NCBI GenBank assembly: GCA_003598025.1
Contig: QZKH01000003.1
Location: 503,221 to 567,220, forward strand
From: Candidatus Omnitrophota bacterium
GTDB lineage: Bacteria; Omnitrophota; Gorgyraeia; Gygaellales; Profunditerraquicolaceae
DNA length: 64,000 bases
Reading direction: 5' to 3'
This document shows, piece by piece, positions 1 to 10,392 of the stretch (position 1 is the first letter of the stretch; every line of letters begins with the position of its first letter). The translations under genes and the position numbers were made by a program. The notes beneath the pieces were generated by a model that did not search any database, was not told the origin of the DNA, and saw nothing but the letters and a program-made list of their open reading frames with translations.

Positions 1-279
1 CACCGGCTTGGCATCACGCTTCTCATAATTCGGCGCTTTTGCAAGCCTCCAGAGGCTTTCATGTTTTCCGCAATTATCACAAATACCTTTCTCTTTAAAT
101 TGCCATACCTCTACCGCATAACTGGTAAATATGAATTTATCAACCCAGAAAAATATCGCCCCTCCTATCAGATTTGCGATAACCGTGGACCAGATACCTG
201 TGCCAAGGCGGCGGACAACTAACCAAAGAATAGGCGTGCTCAACTGCCATCTTAATAAATAAAGTAAAAACCTTCTCAT
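1..279 (-). CDS. GtrA-family membrane protein (C-terminus runs off the window edge)
   Basis: Reverse translation from ATG (revcomp of cat at 277-279) gives MRRFLLYLLRWQLSTPILWLVVRRLGTGIWSTVIANLIGGAIFFWVDKFIF..., which carries the GtrA-like hydrophobic WVDKFIF motif. A strong AAGGAGG RBS lies 6 nt upstream. Not in the ORF track (edge-truncated). Confidence 0.45.
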   Translation of the reverse strand, partial: MRRFLLYLLRWQLSTPILWLVVRRLGTGIWSTVIANLIGGAIFFWVDKFIFTSYAVEVWQFKEKGICDNCGKHESLWRLAKAPNYEKRDAKPV

Positions 280-472
280 AGCATTCCTCCTTACAGAGTT
301 TATGGTTATAATTTATGATTTATTTTGCGATTATTAGATAATTAACAACGAACGGCTGGATTTTGCTGTTTTATAAATATTAATACAATTCATGATTTAG
401 TCAATAAAAAATAAACGCGCACGTTTTAAAAATATTTTTATTTATAAACACAGTAATGACAGGAAAAATCTG

Positions 473-1498
473 TCAACGTATATGGCAGGAAGGCTTCAAC
501 CCGTGCTTTTTATAATAATCCTGATGGTAATCTTCAGCCGGATAGAATTCTAGTGCTTTCACGATCTGGGTAACAACCGGGTTCTTAAACTTTTTCGATT
601 TATCCAGTTTCTCCCTGGATTCCAATGCAAGCATTTCCTGTCCTTTTGTATGGAAAAATATTGCTGAGCGGTACTGCGTTCCAACATCAGGGCCTTGTCT
701 GTTAAGAGCAGTAGGGTCATGTATATCCCAAAAGATATCAAGTAACCCGGAATAAGATATTTTGGCGGGATCATAAACTATCTCAACTGCCTCAGCATGG
801 CCGGTCTTACCGGAACAGACATCTTCATAAGTCGGGTTCTTGAAATGCCCGCCGGTATAACCTACCCTGGTAGAAATAACTCCTTTACCGATAAGCTGGC
901 GGAATGCAGCTTCGACACCCCAAAAACAGCCTGCGGCAAAAGTAGCTGTCTCTGTTTGTACTTTGGCAGGTATAATTGCAAGCTTCAAAGCCAAGGTATT
1001 TATACAATAACGCTTGCCTGTAGGAGGCGGGCCGTCATCAAAAACATGCCCCAAATGCGCATCGCACCTTGCACAAACAACTTCTAAACGCTGGATTCCG
1101 AAACTATTGTCGGGTTTTATCCGGACGTTCAACTCTGATACAGGCTCCCAAAAACTCGGCCAACCTGTCCCAGAATCAAATTTTGTTTTGTATATAAAGA
1201 GGTCTGTTCCGCAGCCAACGCATTGATAGATACCTTCTTCTCCCTTTGACGGAATAGGGCAAACTTTGCTGAACGGAGATTCTGTACCCTTTAACCTTGT
1301 GACTTCAAATTGCTCAGGAGTAAGGATTTTCTTCCATTCCTGGTCAGTTTTGTAGATTTTAGCCACTATTTCAACTTTACCGGTTATGGCATTATAAATT
1401 TTTATCTTTTCATTCCTGAGATTAGAATCCATAGCATTACCTAAGGGTAAAAGAAGTAGAAATAATATTAAAGATAATAAAAGAATACGTTTGTTCAT
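473..1498 (-). CDS. Bifunctional peptide methionine sulfoxide reductase (MsrB domain then MsrA domain), secreted
   Basis: N-terminal signal peptide. MsrB hallmarks: two CxxC pairs and RYCINT. MsrA hallmark: GCFWG active site. 341 aa. Confidence 0.85.
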   Translation of the reverse strand: MNKRILLLSLILFLLLLPLGNAMDSNLRNEKIKIYNAITGKVEIVAKIYKTDQEWKKILTPEQFEVTRLKGTESPFSKVCPIPSKGEEGIYQCVGCGTDLFIYKTKFDSGTGWPSFWEPVSELNVRIKPDNSFGIQRLEVVCARCDAHLGHVFDDGPPPTGKRYCINTLALKLAIIPAKVQTETATFAAGCFWGVEAAFRQLIGKGVISTRVGYTGGHFKNPTYEDVCSGKTGHAEAVEIVYDPAKISYSGLLDIFWDIHDPTALNRQGPDVGTQYRSAIFFHTKGQEMLALESREKLDKSKKFKNPVVTQIVKALEFYPAEDYHQDYYKKHGLKPSCHIR

Positions 1499-1544
1499 AG
1501 TTCATTGTTAGTTCACGGTTCACAGCTCATAGTTCACGGTATAG

Positions 1545-1952
1545 CTAAAGATCAATGCCGGTGACTTTAGAACGTAATGATTTCTTTTGAGAATGCCTGC
1601 GCTTAGCTTCCAATATTTTTATCTTTGCTCTGCGTGACCTTCTGCGTTTCTGCCTCCGGATCTTTTCAATGCGCTTTTGCTCTTCTGAAAGTTTGCCAAG
1701 AATCCTGTTCTCTATTTTTTTTAAAAGAATTCTCCTGGCGCGATAGCGGTTTAAAACCTGAGAGCGCTCCTCCTGGCACTTGACTTCAATACCTGTAGGT
1801 ATGTGGCGAAGGTACACGCAGGTTGCAACTTTATTTATATTCTGCCCGCCCGGACCTTGAGCACGAATAAATCTCTCAACGATGTCGGCTTCTTTAACAC
1901 CAAGGCGCAGCATAGCTTCTTTTAATATCTTTTCTTTTTCTAAAGATACCAT
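1545..1952 (-). CDS. arfB: Alternative ribosome rescue factor ArfB (GGQ peptidyl-tRNA hydrolase)
   Basis: [12 protein letters not shown] motif, about 135 aa, highly basic C-terminal tail ([14 protein letters not shown]). Start chosen at the internal Met (MVSLEKEK); the track ORF extends to 2000. Confidence 0.75.
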   Translation of the reverse strand: MVSLEKEKILKEAMLRLGVKEADIVERFIRAQGPGGQNINKVATCVYLRHIPTGIEVKCQEERSQVLNRYRARRILLKKIENRILGKLSEEQKRIEKIRRQKRRRSRRAKIKILEAKRRHSQKKSLRSKVTGIDL

Positions 1953-2014
1953 TTCAATACGCTTTCTTTTAATTATATTCCTCTTAAAGGCAACCAGCAA
2001 TAAATAAAACGAAG

Positions 2015-2788
2015 CTAAGCGATACTCCCGGATTCGATAATCTGCCTTAAGGTCTTGATGCGCTCATCTATATAAGGATGCGTCCTTAAATAAATAGGTA
2101 TTTCAGGCCCCGGGCTCTGGCCCTGCTTAATTTTTTCCAGGGCAGATATGGCCGCATTAGGATTAAACCCGGCTCTGGAGGAATACCTGACCCCTAATCT
2201 ATCCGCTTCATATTCATCTTTACGGCTATAGCTTAATGATATCAGATTAAATAAGATATCTATCTGTTCGGCAATATAGCTTGCCTTTGCGCTGCCTTTA
2301 TCTCCGGCTGCCGTAAATGCCACGGTAAGAAGTATCTGGTAAGAAACATGCGACTGGATTTTCTTTATGACATGCCTGGCAGCCACATGGCCTATCTCAT
2401 GGCCGATGACAGAAGCAAGCTCATCGTCATTCAATTTCTCCATTAACCCCTGGTTAACATAAATAAATCCGCCTGGAAGAGTCATGGCATTTAGCTCTTT
2501 ATCTTCCAATACCTGAAATTCATATTCTATATCCTGGCGGTCTGACACTTTGGCTAACCTAGCGCCAATCCTGCGTGCCCTTTCCTGAAGATTGCGGCTC
2601 TTTGCAAGTGGCTGCGTCTTGACTAGTTCGGCTGCCATATTCCTGCCGATAGCCGCCTCTGTGGGGCTGTTTATAAGAATAAATTCTCTTCTGTCTGTGG
2701 CCGGGTTATAAATAGTAACACAGCCGGAGAAAAACAAAGACATTCCGGCAATCGCGTATATAAATAACTTTCTTACCATATGTTGCAT
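2015..2788 (-). CDS. M48-family Zn metallopeptidase lipoprotein
   Basis: Signal peptide with lipobox (FFSGC), [10 protein letters not shown] HExxH motif, downstream E(Y)EADRLG motif typical of M48/BepA-like peptidases. Confidence 0.8.
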   Translation of the reverse strand: MQHMVRKLFIYAIAGMSLFFSGCVTIYNPATDRREFILINSPTEAAIGRNMAAELVKTQPLAKSRNLQERARRIGARLAKVSDRQDIEYEFQVLEDKELNAMTLPGGFIYVNQGLMEKLNDDELASVIGHEIGHVAARHVIKKIQSHVSYQILLTVAFTAAGDKGSAKASYIAEQIDILFNLISLSYSRKDEYEADRLGVRYSSRAGFNPNAAISALEKIKQGQSPGPEIPIYLRTHPYIDERIKTLRQIIESGSIA

Positions 2789-2807
2789 GTCTATTATAGG
2801 TATGCGG

Positions 2808-3554
2808 TTATTTACCCTTAAGCATATCCTCTAGCATCATGCGGTGAAACAATAATTCCTTATACATAGGGTCATTTTTATCCAGGTATTTCTCTGCTTC
2901 CAATAAATATGAAATGGCCTGCTCATAATCTCCCATGTTTGTATAAACCGAACCTAAATTAGCCCAGGACCGCCAGCTATTAGGTATGATCTCCAGGCAC
3001 TTCTTTGTATACTCAATAGATAATTTATAATAACTATCGTCCTTATTCTGGTTATAAGGCTCAATCCCTTTTTCAAGGTAATTAGCTCCCAGGCTATAAT
3101 AAATCTGTGCCATAGTAAACTTGTCATCCGTTTTTGATAAAGCCATCTTGCCTAATTCTATAGCCTTGTCAAAATCATGGCTGGCATAGTAATAATTAAT
3201 TTTCTTCAGAATCTCTTCTATGGAAGAGTCGGCTCTTATTTCTATATTCTCTTTTGGATCAGGGGGTTTGGTATATTCCGAATTTAAAACCTCTACCTTG
3301 GCAGATTTCTTGTCCGGTTCGGCCTGGGTACCAGTAGTGTCAACGACATCTTTTCGTATGGCCATTACTTCATCCTTAAAATAAGTAAGCGGTGTGCCAT
3401 TAAAATCGATCTTCACATAAGTATCCGTATCCTCCAATATCTTGCCTTCTACAGTCTTACCATTCTTCAGAACTACCATTTCTGCAAAAGCCGGACAGAT
3501 CAACAAAAGAGCAACAAGACAACCGACAATCAGCTTTCTCATCACTTCCTCCAT
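2808..3554 (-). CDS. Secreted TPR-repeat protein
   Basis: Signal peptide. C-terminal half has TPR-like repeats (YYSLGANYLEKG, ANLGSVYTNMGDYEQAISYL). Confidence 0.55.
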   Translation of the reverse strand: MEEVMRKLIVGCLVALLLICPAFAEMVVLKNGKTVEGKILEDTDTYVKIDFNGTPLTYFKDEVMAIRKDVVDTTGTQAEPDKKSAKVEVLNSEYTKPPDPKENIEIRADSSIEEILKKINYYYASHDFDKAIELGKMALSKTDDKFTMAQIYYSLGANYLEKGIEPYNQNKDDSYYKLSIEYTKKCLEIIPNSWRSWANLGSVYTNMGDYEQAISYLLEAEKYLDKNDPMYKELLFHRMMLEDMLKGK

Positions 3555-3656
3555 TTGTTAAAGCATCGAATAAGGACCGTTTCCCTCTAACCCACTGTAA
3601 CGCATTCAGATATGAGTGAAGTGTCCCCATCTGAACTTTTTAATAACCGATAATAA

Positions 3657-4094
3657 TTATACTCCGATATCCTCGCTCCAGAGCCTTGGGTTATCCTTGA
3701 TAAATCTCTTCATCAACGAAATACAGGTTTCATCCTGCAACACTTCCAGGCTAACCCCCCTGGAACGCAAAAGCTCTTCTTCTCCCTTAAATGTCTTATT
3801 CTCTCCGATAACAACATGAGGGATCTTATAAAGGAGTATTGCCCCTGAGCACATAGGACACGGAGAGAGAGTTGTGTAAAGCGTACATTTTTTATATTCG
3901 GACGCCTCCATACGTCCTGCGTCTTCTAATGCGGCTATTTCGGCATGTAAAATCGCGCTGCGATTCTGGATGCGCCTATTGTGCCCGCGGCCGATTATCT
4001 TACCGTTACAAACGATAACCGAGCCTATTGGTATGCCGCCTTCTTTTAACCCTGCCTTTGCTTCTTCTATTGCAGCCTTAAGATACTCATTCAT
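3657..4094 (-). CDS. tadA: tRNA-specific adenosine deaminase TadA
   Basis: CDA-fold zinc motifs HAEIAAL and PCPMCSGAI; 145 aa. Confidence 0.85.
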   Translation of the reverse strand: MNEYLKAAIEEAKAGLKEGGIPIGSVIVCNGKIIGRGHNRRIQNRSAILHAEIAALEDAGRMEASEYKKCTLYTTLSPCPMCSGAILLYKIPHVVIGENKTFKGEEELLRSRGVSLEVLQDETCISLMKRFIKDNPRLWSEDIGV

Positions 4095-4275
4095 TTAAAA
4101 AGGGACACCTCTATATTTTCCATAAGACCCGAAAACATAGCAGCATCCCCCTTTCATTCCCAAGTTTAGATTAAAATTATAAATGCTTTTATCTAACTAT
4201 GGAATGTATTATAGTTCTGAATATATTTTATATCAAGAAATTTAATTTTAGATAATCTACGGCGATTGGCAAGGC

Positions 4276-5529
4276 TTAAAAACGGCGGAATTTATTTCTT
4301 TTTGGGTTATGGCGGCGCGAGTCCTTGCTGGGGGCCTTTTGCCCTGACTCAATAAAATCTTCATGGGCAATTTCAGGGTGTTTTGACAAAGGAAGGGTGT
4401 GCCTGATGATTTTTTCTATTTCTTTTACGTCGCGGCGCTGCTCAGGGGTAGCAAATGATATAGCATGCCCTTTAGCCCCTGCCCTGGCGGTACGTCCGAT
4501 ACGGTGCACATAATTTTCAGCGTCTTCCGGCAAATCATAGTTGATAACCAGCTCTATCCCGCTTACGTCTATGCCTCTTGCGGCTATATCTGTAGCGACA
4601 AGCACCTTGTATTTCCCCGACTTAAAGCCTTCAAGTGCCTCACGGCGCTGGGATAGATTGCGGTTTGAGTGCATCTCTGCAGCGCTATAGCCCATATTCC
4701 TTATTGATATCTTGATCTTGCGCGCGTTATGTTTGGTGCGCGAAAACAAAAGCACCGGGCCATGATACTGCGCAAGCAATTTACTTAATAATTTAAGCTT
4801 AGTCTCTTTCTTGACTATGAACAATTCCTGCGTTACAAGCTCTGCCGTGGTACCTGAAGGGGCAATTTCAACAGAAACAGGTAATTTCATATGCTTTGCC
4901 GCAATCTCAACGATCTCTTTAGGCATAGTCGCCGAGAATAACATAGTCTGCCTGTTTTTCGGTATGAAATGAAGGATCTTGGTTATCTGCGGAGCAAATC
5001 CCATATCCAGCATACGGTCAGCTTCATCGAGTACAAGCATGATAACATTGTCAGTCATAAAATTCCACTGGCTCATATGATCAAGCAGCCTGCCGGGAGT
5101 AGCAATAACTATGCGCGGGTTCTTACGCAGAGCTTGCACTTGAGCGCCCATTGGCGCGCCTCCGATTAAACAGGCGGTTTTTAGCCCAAATGGATGCACC
5201 AAACTGTAAAAAGCTTCGTCTATCTGTATAGCAAGTTCTCGCGTAGGCGCAAGCACCAGCCCCACCCCGTCCATCCTGGCAAGGCGCTGGACCATAGGAA
5301 TAGCAAAAGCATGGGTTTTGCCGGTTCCGGTCTGCGCGATACCGATTACATCCTTGCCTTCAATTGCAACAGGTATGGTCTTAAATTGTATTGGTGTAGG
5401 CACCTTAAATTTTATGCGCTCCAGGGTCTCAATTATCTTAGGCGCGATACCCAGGCCATAAAAACTCTTCTGTGCCGGGTCAAGCTCTCGATATAGAGCA
5501 TTCTCGGTGATATTCTTGTTAAATGTCAT
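4276..5529 (-). CDS. DEAD-box ATP-dependent RNA helicase
   Basis: Q-motif region, AQTGTGKT (motif I), DEAD (II), SAT (III), HRIGRTARAG (VI); basic C-terminal tail. Confidence 0.9.
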   Translation of the reverse strand: MTFNKNITENALYRELDPAQKSFYGLGIAPKIIETLERIKFKVPTPIQFKTIPVAIEGKDVIGIAQTGTGKTHAFAIPMVQRLARMDGVGLVLAPTRELAIQIDEAFYSLVHPFGLKTACLIGGAPMGAQVQALRKNPRIVIATPGRLLDHMSQWNFMTDNVIMLVLDEADRMLDMGFAPQITKILHFIPKNRQTMLFSATMPKEIVEIAAKHMKLPVSVEIAPSGTTAELVTQELFIVKKETKLKLLSKLLAQYHGPVLLFSRTKHNARKIKISIRNMGYSAAEMHSNRNLSQRREALEGFKSGKYKVLVATDIAARGIDVSGIELVINYDLPEDAENYVHRIGRTARAGAKGHAISFATPEQRRDVKEIEKIIRHTLPLSKHPEIAHEDFIESGQKAPSKDSRRHNPKRNKFRRF

Positions 5530-5704
5530 TATTTAGCAGTCCTTTGTTTGGGAAGAAAATCAAGCTGGCGAAGATGTATGTGGCAGTATTCTCCGTGATT
5601 GTAAATACTCAGAATATGTTTACATAAGGGGACCTTGCATTTTCTACCTTTGCTAGAAATCTTTACTTTTTTGATTTCAGAGCTCCTTTTTTGCCTTCAA
5701 ATGT

Positions 5705-5749
5705 CAAAAAAAGAAAAGCCGTAAAGGTTAGTTGCCCGCCCTTTACGGC
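5705..5749 (-). terminator. Rho-independent terminator (10-bp GC stem gccgtaaagg/cctttacggc flanked by A/T runs)
   Basis: Perfect hairpin at 5718-5749. On the minus strand it is followed by a T-run (revcomp of aaaaaaagaaaa at 5705-5716), downstream of the minus-strand ORF ending at 5851. Confidence 0.5.
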
Positions 5750-5850
5750 TGCCGATCTCTAATCTTTAATTGTTAGATTATTATACCACCTTAAGCTGTT
5801 TTGTCAAACACAATCTTTTCCGGATATTTAAAGCGGCGATAAAGGCAAGA

Positions 5851-6081
5851 TCAAACAGATACTTTTTTTGCTTCGTTAGTCACATTTTTATTCAGGATTT
5901 CTTTGCATTTTAAACATACTATCATTCGTTCTCTTTTATCTTTTTGCATAGTAAATACCGGCACCAGATAATTATGTGACATTTTCTGCCCGCATCTCAT
6001 ACAGCTATTCATTTGACACCTCACTTTTGATTTTTTGCTTTTAAGAACAACCAGACAATGCAAGCGTAAAAAAAACCGCAA
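5851..6081 (-). CDS. Hypothetical Cys-rich small protein (true start probably internal)
   Basis: ORF only; several Cys pairs (CMRCGQK, CLKCKE) suggest a zinc ribbon. The N-terminal extension overlaps a terminator hairpin. Confidence 0.3.
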   Translation of the reverse strand: MRFFLRLHCLVVLKSKKSKVRCQMNSCMRCGQKMSHNYLVPVFTMQKDKRERMIVCLKCKEILNKNVTNEAKKVSV

Positions 6082-6108
6082 GGCAAAGTATGCTGTCCTT
6101 GCGGTTTG
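6067..6108 (-). terminator. Rho-independent terminator hairpin (accgcaagg / ccttgcggt)
   Basis: 9-bp stem at 6075-6083 / 6097-6105. A-run upstream and T-rich downstream suggest it is bidirectional. It lies downstream of the 6153..6350 minus-strand gene. Confidence 0.5.
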
Positions 6109-6152
6109 AATCTCCGTCTTATATTATGATTATCGTATCGGCTTGCTGGAAG

Positions 6153-6350
6153 TTAACGGCCTTCGTTCTTGCGCTTTGAATAACAATCTTTGCAATATAT
6201 CGGGCGGTCTTCTCTTGGTTTAAACGGGACTTCGCACTCTTTTTTACATTCTGAGCATACTGCCTTATGCATTTCCCTTGGTCCGCCGAATCTACCACCA
6301 TCTTGATACCCCATTTTTCCTCCGTTGGTTTTTTGCTGATGTTTCAGCAT
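6153..6350 (-). CDS. Small zinc-ribbon protein (CxxC-x17-CxxC)
   Basis: CSECKKECEVPFKPREDRPIYCKDCY: two CxxC pairs 17 residues apart; 65 aa, basic. Confidence 0.5.
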   Translation of the reverse strand: MLKHQQKTNGGKMGYQDGGRFGGPREMHKAVCSECKKECEVPFKPREDRPIYCKDCYSKRKNEGR

Positions 6351-6398
6351 TGACTTGTGATTATAGAGCTATTAAGAAAATAAAGCAAGGGTTATTTA

Positions 6399-6581
6399 CT
6401 ATAAAGATGGGTTATCACCGGTAACTTGATTATGCCCGTCTCTTGAGCCATCCGGTAAATCAGCCAGCGGGACGTTCTCCATCGCCTTTTTATTCAATTT
6501 CTTTTGCTTTTTTTCTTCTGCCTTCTTCTTTCTTGCTAGCTCCTTCTGATACTTTTGAAATGAATAATTATCTCTACCCAA
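6399..6581 (-). CDS. Small basic hypothetical protein
   Basis: 60-aa ORF, Lys-rich (KKKAEEKKQKKLNKK); no recognisable motif. Confidence 0.3.
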   Translation of the reverse strand: MGRDNYSFQKYQKELARKKKAEEKKQKKLNKKAMENVPLADLPDGSRDGHNQVTGDNPSL

Positions 6582-6677
6582 GATATTCTCCTTACTGCGC
6601 CTTTAATAGTACGCAATAAAGATTCTACTCTAAAACCTGCGCTATGCAAACTATTTATAACAAAACGGCTATTTATC

Positions 6678-7478
6678 TTAAAGTTTATCAATAAATTCTT
6701 TTATTGCCTTTTTATATTCTGGAAAGGAAATTAAAAAACTTTCATTATGCGGGCCGTTTATAGAAACGATTTTCTTCGGGAAAGAACTAACTCCGTAAAG
6801 TTTTTGAGCAAGTCGGTAAGGCACTATCTCATCCTCTCTGCTGTGTATGAATAATTTAGGCATTTTGGCGCCTCTTACCTTTGCCAGAGAATTATAGCTA
6901 TTTGAGAAAATTATCCTCGGCAGAAATGGATAGATTTCTTTTGCCATATCTTTACCGGAAGAAAAAGCGCCTTCTAAGATAAGCGCCTTTACCTTATTCT
7001 TAGAAGCAAGGTCCACGGCTACGGCTGTTCCCAGCGATTCACCGTATAGAATAACCTCATCGGCTGCAATATTGCGTTTATTTACCAGAAAATGATAGCT
7101 GGCACTTGCGTCTTTATAAAGCCCGGACTCACTGGGCTTTCCTTCACTTTTGCCAAATCCCCGGTAATCAATAATTAAAATGTTCAGGCCAAGCTCATAA
7201 AGCATCCCTATTTTATCAATCCTATCTCCAATATTACCGGCATTTCCATGCAAGAATAAAAGCGTGTATTTGGCTTTAGGGTTTTGCAAGAACCAGCCGT
7301 TTATTTTTAAATTGTCTTCTGTGGTTATCATTATATCTTCGAAAGGAATCCCGGAAGACGAAGGATACGCCAATATATCTTTGGAAGGATAAAATATTCC
7401 TTTATATTCAACATATTTAACGTAAACAAAAACTAAACAAAAAACTGCCAGTATAATTACTAATATTTTATAAAACAT
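6678..7478 (-). CDS. Alpha/beta-hydrolase fold protein (S33/BAAT-like), membrane-anchored
   Basis: N-terminal TM helix, GESLG nucleophile elbow (GxSxG), HG oxyanion-hole motif (FLHGNAG); 266 aa. Confidence 0.75.
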   Translation of the reverse strand: MFYKILVIILAVFCLVFVYVKYVEYKGIFYPSKDILAYPSSSGIPFEDIMITTEDNLKINGWFLQNPKAKYTLLFLHGNAGNIGDRIDKIGMLYELGLNILIIDYRGFGKSEGKPSESGLYKDASASYHFLVNKRNIAADEVILYGESLGTAVAVDLASKNKVKALILEGAFSSGKDMAKEIYPFLPRIIFSNSYNSLAKVRGAKMPKLFIHSREDEIVPYRLAQKLYGVSSFPKKIVSINGPHNESFLISFPEYKKAIKEFIDKL

Positions 7479-7504
7479 ATTAATTAAAGCAATGTCTCCG
7501 CAAC

Positions 7505-8176
7505 CTATCTTACTTTGACTTTACTTATCTTAGCCGGTAGTATAACGATCTCTACCCTTCTATTCTTCTGTTTATTCTCAGGAGAATCGTTAGCAGCCAC
7601 AGGATGAAATTCTCCGTAACCATTTGCTGATAACCTTTGCGGCTCAAGATTGCATTCATCTACAAGATAATGAAGGACCGCAAGAGCGCGGGCAGACGAT
7701 AATTCCCAATTCGTCTTCCACACAGAAAATTTTATTGGATCATTATCAGTATGGCCTTCTATCGCCACGGCAGAATCAGGAACATTCCTATTCAGGACTT
7801 CGGCAACTTTGTTAAGCGTATCTTTGCCATTATCTTTCACCTTGTCTTTACCGGAATCAAAAAATATTTCGGAAACAAAAGTTATTACAAGCCCCCGTTC
7901 GGTCATCTCCAGCTTAGCTTTATAATCACCTATTTCTTTCCTTAGCGCATCCTCTAATTCAAGGTTAGCCTTCTCAAGCTCAGAAAGTTCCTTCTCTTTT
8001 TGTTTGACGACACTCTCAACTTCCCTTGTTTTTTCCTTTTGGAGTTGCGCAATATGAGCCCGTAAATTCTGGTTTTCAATCTCAAGTTCATCAGTCCTCT
8101 TGATTTTCTGAATATAGGCACACCCTGACATGGTAAATATTGCCAAAAACATAATAACCACAAATTTTGCCTTCAT
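7505..8176 (-). CDS. OmpA/MotB-family lipoprotein with coiled-coil linker
   Basis: Lipobox (MSGC), coiled-coil segment, OmpA C-terminal domain signature (EGHTDNDP...NRRVEIVIL). Confidence 0.75.
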   Translation of the reverse strand: MKAKFVVIMFLAIFTMSGCAYIQKIKRTDELEIENQNLRAHIAQLQKEKTREVESVVKQKEKELSELEKANLELEDALRKEIGDYKAKLEMTERGLVITFVSEIFFDSGKDKVKDNGKDTLNKVAEVLNRNVPDSAVAIEGHTDNDPIKFSVWKTNWELSSARALAVLHYLVDECNLEPQRLSANGYGEFHPVAANDSPENKQKNRRVEIVILPAKISKVKVR

Positions 8177-8180
8177 ATGT

Positions 8181-8921
8181 TTAGGCCTCCTTTTCTAAAA
8201 GCAACTCATTTATCGTCACAAACTGATACCCTTTTCCCTGTAAGGTTTCGATAATTATCGGTAATGCTTTCACGATTTGACTTCGATCCGTATTGTTGGA
8301 CAAACGATTGCCATCATGGAGCAATATAATTGATCCATTCCGGACATTGCCCACAACCCTATGCGCAATTTTTCTAGAATGGCTATCCTGCCTGCCGTTT
8401 AAGCCGCTCACTGACCATTTAATAATGGTATAGCCGGAATTCTCTGCCTCTTGTAACACTACATTGTTATCAACACCATAGGGCGGTCTAAAAAGATACG
8501 GTTTTATTCCTGTTGCATCAATAATCGCTTTTTCAGTTTTTCGTATTTGCTGCTTTATCTGCCTCTGATTCTGCAACCTAAGATCCGGATGGTCATAGGT
8601 GTGATTTCCAATTATATGCCCCTCATCCCTAATTCTTTTCGCCAGCTCCGGTAGAACCTCCACATTCTTACCAATCAAGAAAAATGTTGCCCTTATATTG
8701 TATTTCTTGAGAATGTCTAATATCTGTGGCGTATAAATGCTCTGAGGACCATCATCAAAGGTCAAGGCGATCTTGTTTCGAGTTGAATCTCCATGCCAAT
8801 AAACAACACCCTTCCTATTCTTCTTATTATGAAGATTGGCTTCGGCAGTACCCAACATCGCCAAGGAAACAAAACACACACCTAAGAAAATAAAGGTTTT
8901 ACTTAACTGTTTCGCTATCAT
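8181..8921 (-). CDS. Polysaccharide deacetylase (NodB-homology domain), secreted
   Basis: Signal peptide; TFDDGP and HTYDHP catalytic motifs of carbohydrate esterase family 4. Confidence 0.8.
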   Translation of the reverse strand: MIAKQLSKTFIFLGVCFVSLAMLGTAEANLHNKKNRKGVVYWHGDSTRNKIALTFDDGPQSIYTPQILDILKKYNIRATFFLIGKNVEVLPELAKRIRDEGHIIGNHTYDHPDLRLQNQRQIKQQIRKTEKAIIDATGIKPYLFRPPYGVDNNVVLQEAENSGYTIIKWSVSGLNGRQDSHSRKIAHRVVGNVRNGSIILLHDGNRLSNNTDRSQIVKALPIIIETLQGKGYQFVTINELLLEKEA

Positions 8922-8932
8922 TGAATTAATTA

Positions 8933-9880
8933 TTATTTTAAGTTTACCTTATAATTATTTAATTGTTCGAAATATTTATATGCCTGTAATGATATTCTTG
9001 CGATGAATTCTTTGGAAGGAGCGCTGTTCGCATCAGCATGCTTGGTTAATACCACAATGATAAAATCACCGCTGCAAGTAAATACTATGCCCGTATCATG
9101 ACAGACGCCTTTTTCAAGACCGGTTTTATGCGCGACAGTTATCTCAGGTGGCAAATATTTGGGAATACGGTCGTTCATTCGAGCAAGTTTTAAAATACGC
9201 AGACAGCGATCCGAAACTGATTTATTCCCGAGAGCCCTTCTGTATATCTTTTCTAACAATAAGACCATATCTTCAGCTGTAGTATAATTCTCGAGTCCTT
9301 TGTCACGCGAACGATAATCCGCTATTTTGCGGGACAAAAAGGTATTTTGTAGACCAAAGTCCTGAAATGTTTTATTCAAATAGTCAATGCCAAGCAGATC
9401 GGTGAGGATATTGGTGGCAGTATTATCACTGTCATATATCATAAACCCGATAAGCCTGTCAACGCTGAACGACTTGCCCGCAGGCAGATCTTTCAGCATG
9501 CCCGAACCAGTAAGCTTATCAGTAGATTTTAAAGATATATCACGGTTCAACTTGATCAAATTTTGTTCGGCTGCCAAGAAACACCCAGCCATAATAGGGA
9601 TCTTAGCCAGGCTTGCCGAAGGGAACAATTTGGATTTCTGATATGACAACTCCCATCCGGCATGCAAATCTTTTATGACTATTCCCGCTTCACCCTTGAA
9701 TTGGTCTATCTCAGATTTCAAATGCCGCCCTAACTCTTGCCAAGCAGCTCTTCTAACCTGCCGTAAATAAAATTCCTGCCTGGTCTTTTCGGATCTTTCA
9801 AGGTATCGCCTGACTGAATATCCGGCACTCGCCGATAAGATCACAATTGATATTACAAGAATTGTGTTTTTTATTCTCAT
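8933..9880 (-). CDS. Class-A beta-lactamase-related serine hydrolase
   Basis: SxxK (SLAK), SDN (YDSDNTATN) and KTG (HKTGLEKG) motifs in the canonical order; N-terminal TM/signal. Confidence 0.6.
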   Translation of the reverse strand: MRIKNTILVISIVILSASAGYSVRRYLERSEKTRQEFYLRQVRRAAWQELGRHLKSEIDQFKGEAGIVIKDLHAGWELSYQKSKLFPSASLAKIPIMAGCFLAAEQNLIKLNRDISLKSTDKLTGSGMLKDLPAGKSFSVDRLIGFMIYDSDNTATNILTDLLGIDYLNKTFQDFGLQNTFLSRKIADYRSRDKGLENYTTAEDMVLLLEKIYRRALGNKSVSDRCLRILKLARMNDRIPKYLPPEITVAHKTGLEKGVCHDTGIVFTCSGDFIIVVLTKHADANSAPSKEFIARISLQAYKYFEQLNNYKVNLK

Positions 9881-9882
9881 TC

Positions 9883-10281
9883 TTACCGGGATAAATATCT
9901 GTTTAACGCAGCAGAAGTCTTTTTACCAACTATCCCATCGGCTTTCAGCCCTTTGGCTTTTTGAAATTCAATAATGGCTGCCTTGGTTTTAGGCCCGATT
10001 TTTCCGTCAATAGGCCCTTTATAGTAACCGGCATTCTGCAAAGCCCTTTGTATCTGCTTCGAAGTTAATTGCACATTAGAATCCCTATCGGTCTTGCTTG
10101 CTGATTTTTCATAACTACCGACTGACCAGGAATTATCGTAATCATATACTCCCTGCTGATATGACCCCTGGCTGCTGCCGGATGAGACCACCTGTGATGA
10201 ACCATTCTGTTTCTTGGATACGGTGGCACATCCTGCTAAAGCATAAACTAAGAAAAACAATAATATTGGCCTTACCGGCAT
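9883..10281 (-). CDS. Lipoprotein with peptidoglycan-binding domain (PG_binding_1)
   Basis: Lipobox (LAGCAT); LQNAGYYKGPIDGKIGPKTKAAIIEFQKAKGLKADGIVGKKT is a typical PGBD repeat. Confidence 0.7.
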   Translation of the reverse strand: MPVRPILLFFLVYALAGCATVSKKQNGSSQVVSSGSSQGSYQQGVYDYDNSWSVGSYEKSASKTDRDSNVQLTSKQIQRALQNAGYYKGPIDGKIGPKTKAAIIEFQKAKGLKADGIVGKKTSAALNRYLSR

Positions 10282-10392
10282 CTTTTCTCCTCCTTTTTGT
10301 TATCCATACAATCTCCCAAAGATACTACGATCAATTTTGTTTATTGCGCATAGAAAGCACTTCACTAGTTTCTCGAACTTGTTCAGATACAT

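Noticed and set aside
559-1226. Three short ORFs (71, 96 and 70 aa) overlapping msrAB
   Set aside because: They lie inside or antisense to a gene with strong motif support.
4325-5496. Four plus-strand ORFs overlapping the DEAD-box helicase gene
   Set aside because: They are antisense to a gene with all the helicase motifs; no independent support.
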